Below, piece by piece: positions 8,902 through 20,200 of a stretch of 64,000 bases of DNA. The notes under the pieces were generated by a model. That model made no database searches. It was not told where the DNA came from and was given only the letters and a program-made list of their open reading frames with translations. Positions within the stretch are counted from its first letter, which is position 1. Each line of letters starts with the position of its first letter. The position numbers were made by a program, and so were the translations under genes. This DNA is from a virus. The stretch is from positions 35,207 to 99,206 of the IMG/VR virus record IMGVR_UViG_3300017917_001914. One strand, 5' to 3'.

Positions 8902-11900
8902 ATGTCAGACAGTCCATTATCATTTGCATCCACGGCATCCTTTAGAAATTCTCTAATGGCGAAAAACTTGGCCCCATATAGTGTCCAAGGGGTTTATACA
9001 CCACCAGCAAATCAAGTTAATTACGAAACTGTTTTAGGTGTTAGTAATGTTATTGATTCACCTGGTGAATTAATTACAGGTGACCCGTATGCAAATTTAT
9101 TATATCCATTAAATGAATATGGGCCAAATGGAGGTTATAATTTACAAATAAATTATAACGGGCCTCCATTACCTGTTAATTCTAATCAAGGAGAATACAA
9201 CCCTAATGATACTGTGTTAGATTTAGTTAATGAGTTTTTTATTGACGCTGCGTACATTCAAAACAGATATGGGCCTGCCGGTAGTTTTAACGATATGGTT
9301 ATTATTACTGATGTTGAGAATAACAATAAGATTTATCAACCTTATTGGGAGCCACCAAGTTTTGCACCCTCTTCATATTCACCATATAATATTTTATTAT
9401 CACCAAATCCTATTGGTAGTAATGGTTTATTATCTCAAGATTCATTTATCGCGAGATTTGGGGCATCAGAATTAAACTCTTTATTGAAAAAAAGAATTGA
9501 CGCTGAATTATTCCAAAACACATTAGGTCAAATCAACTTACAATCTCTACAAGACCCTTTTGAGATTAGTATGATGTTGTCAGGACAACAACCTTTAGTT
9601 TATAAAAATTGGAAGATTACAGTGCCTGAAAACCCTGTTGTTGCGGCTGCCGACTTCTTAACAAGATTAGCGGGGGCTTATTGGCCTGTTTCCTTAATAC
9701 CGGGGGATTACTTTAATGATAATAACGAAAATAGTCAAACACAACAAACATCAAACGCCTTAAATACTGTAAATCAATTAACAGGTGGTTTATTAGGCCC
9801 AATATTAAATTTTAATAGAAGTGGTTCTCAAATATTTTTGGCTAACACCGGTAACGGACAAAGGTCTGTTTTATTTGCAAATATAAATTACAATAGATAT
9901 CAACCATCTTATGATAAAGATTATGGTTTATTATTTGGTGTTGCACAAGGACTTGTTAATTTATTAGTTCCAAATATTAATCCGGGTAATGGTACACTAG
10001 TTGGTGGTTATTATGTTGGTAATAGAACATCAGAACCTTCTTACATTACATCACCCCCAAATCAAATACCGGTTAACGCCTTTGGTCAACAAGACCCTTC
10101 ACCTGTTTATGGCCCATCTGAGATGGGTATTTTATATGAAGGTAATGAATCAACACTTAGTAATTTTGGTTTAGGAGGTAAGTCCTATAGTGATGGTGGT
10201 GGTATTGACGGAGGATTTGTTTGGGTATCTCCAAAATATAAAGCCAATGCAGGATTCCGAGCAATACCGGGAGGTGGTTCGGGAACAATGGATGAAGATT
10301 ATCAATTGGTTAGTGGAAACATTACAAGAGATGAATCTACAAATATTGAATTTAAAGAAACATCAATATTAGACCAAACTCAAAGATTAATTGATTCGGC
10401 GGATGGTGTTACAGGTATTGCCCGATTAAAACATGTGGGTAATGCGATGAACCAAATTAGTAAAGTATTCAATGATGGATATAAAGAAATTACTAAAGGT
10501 TCTCAAGTGTTGTCGTATACAGATAATACAACCGGTGGTGCTGCGGGAATTGAATATTGTAGAGTTTTTACAAAAGACAATCCTTATTACACATATAATG
10601 ATTTACAAAAAACAGATGGTATAACAACTTCAGGAAGAAGGTTTACTCACTCTGTGTTAGATAATACATATAACTTAAACATAGTACCATTAAGAAATCC
10701 GGGGTCAACAAACATTATTGCTAATAATGTTAATGGAACGGGGGGTTATGCTAAAAAATATATGTTTTCTATTGAAAATTTAGCATGGAGAACTTCAAGT
10801 AGACCTGGGTTTACTTACGATGAATTACCTGTTTGTGAAAAAGGGCCAAATGGTGGTAGAGTTATGTGGTTTCCACCTTATGATTTAAAATTTTCAGATA
10901 GTAGTACTGCAAATTGGAATGATACTTCATTTTTAGGTAGACCTGAACCAATTTATACATATAAAAACACTAGTAGAAGTGGACAATTAAGTTGGAAGAT
11001 TATTGTGGATAGTCCTTCGGTTATGAATACTGTTGTTGAAAAACAATTAAAAGGTCAAAATAAAGAAAGAATTAATTCAATTATTGACTCATTCTTTGCT
11101 GGATGTGTTAAATATGACATCTATGATTTAGCATTAAAATTTAATACAATTCCAACTAAGGATTTATATACGTATCAAGAGATTTTAAGTAATCCAAGAT
11201 TAACGGATGAAGAGTTAAAGAATGTTAGTGCAAATATTCCAAGAGAAAATTCTGTACCTCAAGGTGGTGCGGGTAGTCCGGCTGATTCTTCAGTACAAAC
11301 GGCAAATCCTGACACATCTATTGATGATTTTAAAAAGAATTATTCACAATTAGCGTTTTATTTTGATAATGATATTCCTGACCCAAAATCAAATGGAACA
11401 GTTTCTTCTGTACCATATGATGTAACATATGCAGCTTATACAAGTGCCGAAAATAAAAAAACATATGTTGATACTGCAAGTGGAATTTTTAATGAGGGTA
11501 GTATTAATAGAAATGTTGGTGAATTTTTCACAAATATTGTAGAATCTAATTATAAAAAAATTGCTCTTAATGATAATAATTTCATAAAAGATGCTTATAA
11601 TATTCTAAAAGAGAAAAAAGGAACTATAAGTATTCAAATGGTTGGTTCGGCATCTGCGACAGCAAGTGTTAAATATAATGAAAATTTGTCTAAACGAAGA
11701 AATGATTCGGTTATTGACTTTTTAAGAGCGTATCCTGTTGGTGGTGAAACATTGGCACAATTTTTTGATAATAAAACATTACAAGTAACATTACAAACAG
11801 GTGCTGGTGAACAAATTGTTATTCCTCAAGGAGAATCAGGTACAGGTACACAAGTTAATTGTACTCAAGATGTAAAAGATAAGAATGGTCAAGTTACTAA

Positions 11901-13905
11901 ATTTTCTCAAGTATATTCTACTGATGCTATGGCGTGTAGAAGAGTTAAGATTAATAATATTCTTGTAACACCAACGGTAACTACAACAACGACTACTTTA
12001 AAAGTTGAAATAACTACACCTGAAGTTAGTGCAACAACAATCAATACTATAAAACCTGTTCAAACTGTTGAAATACAACAAAAATTAAAAGAAGGTATTG
12101 GTAAAAGAATTTTAAGACAATTATTAAGTGAATGTGATTATTTTGAAGTTATTAAAGAAAATAATCCTATACTATATGGGTCAATTGCGGATAAGATTAA
12201 ATTTTTTAATCCTGCATTTCATTCCATGACACCTGAAGGGTTAAATTCAAGATTAACATTTTTAAATCAATGTGTTAGACCTGGTGAAACAATACCGGTT
12301 ATTGGTACGGACGGTAAACCAAAATACAATGATGCTGTAAATACTTCTTTTGGTGCACCACCGGTTTTAATATTAAGAATTGGTGATTTCTACAATGGTA
12401 AAATAATACCAAAAACAATTTCATTTTCATATGAACCATTAGTGTTAGATATGAATCCTGAAGGTATAGGTGTTCAACCAATGATTGCAAATGTTAATTT
12501 AAGTTTTGATATGATTGGTGGTATGGGATTAGCTAAACCTGTAGAACAATTACAGAATGCGTTATCATTCAACTACTACGCAAATACTGAAATTTATGAT
12601 GAAAGAGCAACATGGACTGAAGACACTTCAGCTTTAGATGCTAAATTAATTCAATCAATATTAGATGCTCAACCACCGGTTACGGTTAACAATGTTCAAA
12701 ATGGTGTTGTTAATGATGGTGGAAATACCATTGGGGAAATATTAACTAATATTCCGGTAACTAATGGTCAAACAGGTGAAATAACCTATATGAGTATAAT
12801 GGATAAAATATTAGACGCAACTAAAGAATATTATACTAATGTTTTAAATCAAAGTGATAGTATAGTTAAATCGTACAATTATGGTGTGTGGCAATTAATT
12901 ACTCAAGATAGATTATATACTTCGGGAGAAATAAGTTTAAATTCTAGTAGTATATTGGCACCAATTTACGGAAAACCGGAAGGTGTTGAAACTAAAGTGG
13001 ATTCATTGTTTAGTACGTTTATTTCAGATATTAATGCTGATAATCCAACAAATAAAAATTATATCATATCACGATTAGTTGGTTTTAAATTTACTGATGC
13101 GACAATTCAAAGAGTTAAAACTAATATGAATCAATATATTAATACATTAAAAAGTGATTACAGTAGTGGTTTATTTACTAAAATTCAAGAAATAGTTGTG
13201 TTAGAACAAAGTATGGTTCAAATAATTAGAAAAATTAATTTAGTTACAACTAAAACTGATGGTAAGATTTTAGATACGGGAGTTCCAAGAGTTTATACAA
13301 TTTCAGGTACAACTGAAGTTAATAGTGCTAGTCTTGGGTCTCCATTAGATACATATCAAGAGTTATGTGATGATTATCGTTTAGTTGGTCTTAGATTAGA
13401 TGAATTTAATGTATTGATGGAGTCTGAAAAAATAATAACAACTATTACAGTTCCATATGAAGGGCCGGGTGAATTTGAACCAATATCGAAAGAGTTTGCA
13501 ACAGCATCAGTTGAAGACAAACGTCAATTTATGGTTATGGCACAAATTTTTAATGATAAAAATAAATTAACGGAATTTAAAAATGCAATTATTAGTGGTG
13601 AGTTAAAGAATGATAATAAATTAGTTAGAAAATTTAATAACATTTGTGATGATTTTGCGGATTTAACTAAAAAAGAATTAATTGCTGAACAAAAATTTAT
13701 TAAAACAATTAGGGATAAAGAATCGTATTCAAAATTTGTAAATCAAACCGCTTATCCTAAAGGTAAGTTAAGAAAATTTACATATACTACTGTTCCTGAC
13801 CCTGCAACTGAAACACAACAAAAAACAGATATTGCGAATTTATATAAAACAGTTAATGTGAATAATGATAAATTAACATTTGACGGTAAAATAAAATTTG
13901 ATTAA
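8902..13905 (+). CDS. Large baseplate/tube-initiator-like virion protein with an internal OmpA-like domain
   Basis: WFPPYDLKFSD...FLGRPEPIYTYKNTSRSGQLSWKI and FGAPPVLILRIGDFY...ANVNLSF resemble tube-initiator folds. FYFDND...GSASA...YNENLSKRRNDSV...CRRVKI is OmpA_C-like. Confidence 0.65.
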   Translation: MSDSPLSFASTASFRNSLMAKNLAPYSVQGVYTPPANQVNYETVLGVSNVIDSPGELITGDPYANLLYPLNEYGPNGGYNLQINYNGPPLPVNSNQGEYNPNDTVLDLVNEFFIDAAYIQNRYGPAGSFNDMVIITDVENNNKIYQPYWEPPSFAPSSYSPYNILLSPNPIGSNGLLSQDSFIARFGASELNSLLKKRIDAELFQNTLGQINLQSLQDPFEISMMLSGQQPLVYKNWKITVPENPVVAAADFLTRLAGAYWPVSLIPGDYFNDNNENSQTQQTSNALNTVNQLTGGLLGPILNFNRSGSQIFLANTGNGQRSVLFANINYNRYQPSYDKDYGLLFGVAQGLVNLLVPNINPGNGTLVGGYYVGNRTSEPSYITSPPNQIPVNAFGQQDPSPVYGPSEMGILYEGNESTLSNFGLGGKSYSDGGGIDGGFVWVSPKYKANAGFRAIPGGGSGTMDEDYQLVSGNITRDESTNIEFKETSILDQTQRLIDSADGVTGIARLKHVGNAMNQISKVFNDGYKEITKGSQVLSYTDNTTGGAAGIEYCRVFTKDNPYYTYNDLQKTDGITTSGRRFTHSVLDNTYNLNIVPLRNPGSTNIIANNVNGTGGYAKKYMFSIENLAWRTSSRPGFTYDELPVCEKGPNGGRVMWFPPYDLKFSDSSTANWNDTSFLGRPEPIYTYKNTSRSGQLSWKIIVDSPSVMNTVVEKQLKGQNKERINSIIDSFFAGCVKYDIYDLALKFNTIPTKDLYTYQEILSNPRLTDEELKNVSANIPRENSVPQGGAGSPADSSVQTANPDTSIDDFKKNYSQLAFYFDNDIPDPKSNGTVSSVPYDVTYAAYTSAENKKTYVDTASGIFNEGSINRNVGEFFTNIVESNYKKIALNDNNFIKDAYNILKEKKGTISIQMVGSASATASVKYNENLSKRRNDSVIDFLRAYPVGGETLAQFFDNKTLQVTLQTGAGEQIVIPQGESGTGTQVNCTQDVKDKNGQVTKFSQVYSTDAMACRRVKINNILVTPTVTTTTTTLKVEITTPEVSATTINTIKPVQTVEIQQKLKEGIGKRILRQLLSECDYFEVIKENNPILYGSIADKIKFFNPAFHSMTPEGLNSRLTFLNQCVRPGETIPVIGTDGKPKYNDAVNTSFGAPPVLILRIGDFYNGKIIPKTISFSYEPLVLDMNPEGIGVQPMIANVNLSFDMIGGMGLAKPVEQLQNALSFNYYANTEIYDERATWTEDTSALDAKLIQSILDAQPPVTVNNVQNGVVNDGGNTIGEILTNIPVTNGQTGEITYMSIMDKILDATKEYYTNVLNQSDSIVKSYNYGVWQLITQDRLYTSGEISLNSSSILAPIYGKPEGVETKVDSLFSTFISDINADNPTNKNYIISRLVGFKFTDATIQRVKTNMNQYINTLKSDYSSGLFTKIQEIVVLEQSMVQIIRKINLVTTKTDGKILDTGVPRVYTISGTTEVNSASLGSPLDTYQELCDDYRLVGLRLDEFNVLMESEKIITTITVPYEGPGEFEPISKEFATASVEDKRQFMVMAQIFNDKNKLTEFKNAIISGELKNDNKLVRKFNNICDDFADLTKKELIAEQKFIKTIRDKESYSKFVNQTAYPKGKLRKFTYTTVPDPATETQQKTDIANLYKTVNVNNDKLTFDGKIKFD

Positions 13906-13907
13906 TT

Positions 13908-14234
13908 ATGGGTACTAGAGATTATTATAATAGATACAATAATTTTATTGTTAATGGACAACAAACTGTTGTTCCATATATTACTCTGCCAAGTAAAACC
14001 ACCGATAAAAAATATATTTACAAAGTTGCTCAATCTAGATTAGATAAAGTTTCACAACAATTTTATGGTAGTCCTTATTTTGGTTGGTTAATTTTACAGG
14101 CAAACCCATTATACGCTGGTCAAGAGTGGAATATCCCTGATGGGGCTATCTTGACAATCCCTTATCCTTTAATAGCATCTTTACAGGATTACAACAATGA
14201 CTTAGAAAATTACTTCTTTTATTATGGTAGATAA
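13908..14234 (+). CDS. LysM-like baseplate wedge protein (gp53-like)
   Basis: RLDKVSQQFYGSPYFGWLILQANP...IPDGAILTIP. Confidence 0.8.
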   Translation: MGTRDYYNRYNNFIVNGQQTVVPYITLPSKTTDKKYIYKVAQSRLDKVSQQFYGSPYFGWLILQANPLYAGQEWNIPDGAILTIPYPLIASLQDYNNDLENYFFYYGR

Positions 14235-17200
14235 ATCGGAAAATATATTAGTTGAGTTTGATTATAACAACATATCAATCATTGACCCAAATAAAGTTAT
14301 AGATAATGACGGAAGAGTACAAGAAAGATATGTAAAACAGGAAAACTTAGTTATGTATGCTAATTTAGAGTGTAAAGTTTTACCACGTACTAAATTAGCA
14401 CTTGGTGTTGCAAACAACGACCAAGTACAAACAGTTTCAATTGCGAGTATTAATTTTTTAAAGCCGGGTGATAAAACATATTTAGATAACTCATATACTG
14501 ATGAGTTAACCGGTAAAGATACTATTACCGGTAATGGTGTTAATCAACCAAAATTAACATCAGTGTCTAATCCAAACAAAAGTAGTGATTATTATATTAA
14601 ACAAACAATAAATTCAGGTGGTAAACAAGCATCTGTTGATAATGGATTGTTAGGTATAACATCAATTAATATTAGACAAGGATTAGATTTCTTACCTTCA
14701 ATAACAATTGAATTAGAAGATGTTAAAGGTAGAGCAATGTTTGAGGCGGGTGATAATTCACCATACGCAGCTTTCTTTAATTTACCTTATCCGATGTTTC
14801 AATTAACTATAAAAGGATTTTATGGTAAAGCCGTTAAATTACAATTAATGTTACAAACATTTTCGTCAAGATATGATACATCAAATGGTAATTTCAAAAT
14901 TAAATTACATTTCTATACGTACAAATATACTTTATTAAGTGAAGTGCCTATGGCAGCATTAACAGCTGTACCACATATGTATCAATCAAGAGTTAATATA
15001 CAAACTGTTAAAGGTAGTTTAACTAATTTTTCAAATGTTCAAGATTCTATTGTATCAAGAGGTTATCAAAAGGTTAGAGAGTTATATAGTGAATACAAAT
15101 CAAAAGGTATGATTCCTGATGATTTTCCTGAGATTACCGTTGTACAAATGAGGGATAGAATTGAAAATTTTATTAAAAATATTTTAACATCATTTTCACA
15201 ACAAAATTTAGACCCATTAACTTATGTTGAAGAATATCAAACATTGTTAGGTAATTTAGATAAAGATGTTTATGTTGGTGCCGGAACTTCTTGGTTTTCA
15301 AAATATATGGATACGGAAAATTATTTGGTAAAAACAGATGGAAATAAGGTATATACGTTCAAACCTGAAATTAATACTTCACAAAAAAGACAAAATGCTT
15401 TAGCAGAATTACAAGGTATTATTAGTAAAGCTCAAGAAAAAATGGATGCTAATTCTGTTTGTGGAATAAACGGTAAATATACAATTGATGGTAAAACAAA
15501 CAATAATTCACACGTCCCATTTAAAATTAAACCGGAAATATTCCCAATAGATTTAAAAGAATCGGATGTTAATGTTAGTGAAACATATAGACAAAGAAAA
15601 AAATTATCAACACAACCAACACCATTACAACTTCAGGAATTTAAAAATCAATTATCAGAAGAAGGTATTTTTAATTCATTAGTTATAACTAATAAAGGTG
15701 GTTCTGAAGAAAAAAAATTCCAATTTTATACTTTTGAAGGTGTGGGTCGATTTGAGGATTTAATAAATCAAATGGGTAAAGATGTTAAAACCGCTAAAGA
15801 AAATATTCAAGAGGGGTTAACTGAAGCTTTAACTAATTTATTACAAAAAAAAGATAATGGTATTGGATTTGTTCCAAATATTAGAAATGTACTTGCAGTT
15901 ATTTTTGCAAATGGAGAGGCATTTTTAAGATTAATGGATGATGTACATGTTCAAGCTTGGAATTTAAATGATACTCAAATAAAGGCTCGAAGAAATGCAA
16001 TTTTAAATCCTGAAACCGCGAATGCTTGTGTGGATAATCTATCAACAGGTGATAATAAAACATTACCTATTTATCCTTGGCCTCAAATGTTGGTTGCAAC
16101 ATCAGGAAAAGATGGTCGTGAACAATTTGAACTTACATATCCTGGAGATAAGAGTGTAATAAATCAAACTAAAGCTTATCTAACTGATTTATGGCCTGAA
16201 GTTGAATTTGTTGAAGAGTTTATAAGAGCAACAACTCAAACAGTTAAACCGCCTGCAGACCCTTTAACCACGACAAATCCATTAACTGATGTTCAAAGAG
16301 TATCGTTAGATGCAATTGAATTTCCAATTAGTAATGCGGTTTATGATAATAAGGAAGAAATTAAATATTTTTATGAAATATTTGAAAGAATATTTTTAAC
16401 ATCAAATTATTCGGGATTATTAAGAAGTAATGGTAATACTCAAGACCAAGATAAAGTTACTGATGTTATTGCTGAGGCGGAAAGTATTAATATTCTACAA
16501 AGTTTATCAAACGATAATCCTTTTATAATTAAAAAATTAAAAGAGTTTGGTATTAACGCTGGAAATTTTGAGATATTGATGAGACATATTTCTAATGACG
16601 GTACAGGTGAAAGTTGGCAAAATTTTATTAGAGGTATCTTTAATACATCATATATTAAAAATAAAGTTAATAATTCAAGTTTTGAATTTTTAAGTCAAAA
16701 TTTGTTAAATGAATCTAAATCACAACCGTTAGTATCGTTACCAGGTGAAAACAATGTTGTTAATTTTATTTCAAATTCAACGTCAAGTAATATTTTTAAT
16801 TTAACGGATACATATCCATTTACAAATTTTACTTGGGTTAAAAACGAGTTAGCGAATGGTAATTCAATATCAGATATTAAATCATCATATAATACAACAA
16901 AAGTATTAACGTATAATACTAACAAAAAAATAATATCTAATTTTTTAGATATTACAAACAATAATGATAGAAGACCTTTTACTAATTTTTTATTTAATGA
17001 TATTAAATCACCAATTTATACTTTTGATTTAAAATTATTTTATGAAAATAGAAGTTTTGATAGACAATTACCAACAGAAGGTAATTTAAGGTATAATGAT
17101 TATTCAGGGTTAGTTACTAGTAATCAAACAGTTTCAATGTTTAATACACCATATTTTGTTAATTCAATTCAAGAAGGTGTTAAGAATTTCAGAAATAATA

Positions 17201-20200
17201 GTGAGTATCCGTTTGTGGCTTCGGCGTATTTGTTTTTAAATAGTTTACCATTATCAACTCTTAGAGAGAAATATAAAACATATGAATCAAATTCAGTTAC
17301 TGATTTAGATTACATTTTTGCTACTCTAAAGAAATTTGGTGCGGTTCATAAATTACCATATCCTTGGATATTAAAAATAGGTTCTGTTTGGAACAGATAT
17401 AAAAACTTTGTTGAAACAGGTCAAGATATTTTAGACACATCATGGTCAGGATTTAGTTATGTACACAATTATGACCCAGTAACTAATTCACCAACAAGAA
17501 ATTACGGGTTAACAATAAATGGTTCTCAAATAGATATTGTATTAGAAAAAAACACAACATTAGGACTTGAAACCTCGTCGTTAATTAATACGGGATTTTA
17601 TCCATTATTGATAAATGATTTTAATGTTTTTTATCAGGGATTCCAAATATATTCAGGTTACACTGATACTGACATTCAAAACGGATTTAGTTCAGGTGTT
17701 ACATTAAATTATGTTCCGGAAGCAATTATTAATTTACCTGAAGGTTTTGACCCAAATAACCCAAAAAGAGATTTAAGAGTAATCCCTTGGTCAGTTTATA
17801 TTACAACTTTAGACCAAACAGCGTCTTATATTGTGCCATCACAAGGTGCGTTAATTAATCAAACAAGTAATGAATGTATAACTGAAGAAACTAATCAATT
17901 AAAATATGAAATAACAGGTAATACTGCAATGTACAATGGTTCAGTTAGATTATTTTGGGCGGCACCTAATTATGGTTATTTTGATGTTGATAAAGTAGTT
18001 AAACCTACTCCGTTAAAATATTTAAAACAAGTTTTTAATATTACCGGTGACACTAAACAAGAAAACTTTTCTATTAACGGAAAACAAGACCAATATACTG
18101 AAATTAGTGAAATGTTTTCTGTCTTTGAAAAAGAAGTTTTAGATAGTTTTGAGTTAGAGTTTTTAAATTTCTCAAAATCAATATATGATTTTGATGATGA
18201 ATTTATATCAAATACTGATACTGAAACAACAAAATCATTCAAGAATTTCCAAATGTTAATGAGAAGTTTAATGAAAATTCCAAAAGTTACTGGAACAAAT
18301 ATTAACACTGAATTAGTTTCTACGGTTTCGGAATCACAATTAAATGTTTTATCTAATATTTTACAATCATTTTTAAATTATGATGTTGTTTTCAAATATG
18401 GTAACCCTGCAAATTTTGATAAAAGATTATTTTATACATTTTCAAATAAATTAATCGCTGACCCATATACTTGGAGTAAGTATTCATTTCAAACACCAAC
18501 ACCATTACCAACATCAGGTGGTACGGTAACTTTATCTCAATCAATTATAAACTATCCAAATGAATGGGAGGCGTTACAACTATATGTTGGTTTTTCGGAA
18601 ATACCTCAATTACAATATACAAATAATGGTTCATATATAACCGATTTCTTTGTTGATTGTAATATAGATTTTAGTGTTGATAATATTAAAACATTTGCCC
18701 CAATTATTAAAATTTATGCGACACAAAAATTAAATGATAATACATTAAATTATAATAAATTTGTAACATTAATGAATCAATACATTGATAGTACAGATAA
18801 GTTTCAAAATATTATTATTAATAAATTGATGCCTAAATTACAAAAACAATTACCGGATGTTGGTAGTACACCTGACGCTGCTTTAGCAACAGCATTAGAA
18901 GGGCCTCAAACAAAGTTAGAATATTGGGAGTCATTTAAAGCGTTAAACGATAAATGGATATCAGGAAATGATTTTAAAACTAAAACATTATTTGAGGATG
19001 TTTTATTAATGGATAGGGCAAATAGAAATATTGGGGATAAAATTTTAGTTGATGTTAATAAATTAAAAAATAGATTAAGTAAGATAAATCCAAAAACAAG
19101 TATGTTAACTTTTGTTCAAACAATTTTAGTTGAAAACAACTTTGTTGTTATGAATATACCATCTTACGTTAATTTTTATAATGTACAAGATGCGGTAAAA
19201 AATCCTGTACCAAAACCTGAAGGAAGTCTTGAGTTTGCGAATACAATGTTTGGAACATTCTTAAATGTTGATTATCGAAATTCTTCAGCAAAAATGGTTT
19301 GTTTTTATGCGGGAAAACCAAGTGAACAACCTGATTTTAAAAATAACGCTAATGTAAGATTTAAAGGTGATTCTTTTGATTTACGAAGAGCATCGGATAA
19401 CCCATTAATTGAAGACCAAATAGGTAAAATAGATTGGGATAAATCTAATAAAGTTGTTGGATTTAATGTTGATGTTGGGCCACAAAATCAATCAATTTTC
19501 CATGGATTCCAAATAGACCAAAGTGCTGGTCAAGCAACAGCCGAATCTTTACAACAAACGGATGAATTGGTTAAACAATCTTCAGGTAAAGTTGCGGGAA
19601 CTCAAAATATTTCATTATATAATTTATATAAAAATAGAAGTTATGCTTGTACGGTATCTATGATGGGTAATGCTATGATTCAACCAACGATGTATTTTAA
19701 CTTGAGACATGTGCCTATGTTTAGTGGGGCATATATGATTCAAGAAGTTAATCATAGTATTGGCCCGGGAACTTTTGAAACGGTATTTAAAGGTATCAGA
19801 CAAGCGGTATCAAATTTACCTGAAATTGATAGTTATATTCAAACTTTAAAAACTAATTTATTAACATCTATTATTGAAAAGAATAAACAAGATAAACAAG
19901 CTGCGATAAAAGAAAGTGGTACAAAACAAAATAATGTTATTAGTCAGTCTAATAACACAGTTAAAGATGCTACAACTAAACCGGCAAATACCTCAACTGA
20001 TTATCCAAGTTGTACACCAATTAGGAATTATGAGAAATATCAAAAAATAGATTCTCCGACAACAACTAAATCTAAATATAAAGATGTTATTGCAACAATT
20101 ATAAATCAAACTCAAGACCAAAAATTAAGATATTTAGTTTTTGCAACAATCTATTTAGGTTCATCAAACGGAACTGAATTAGAAACAAATGAGAATAACT

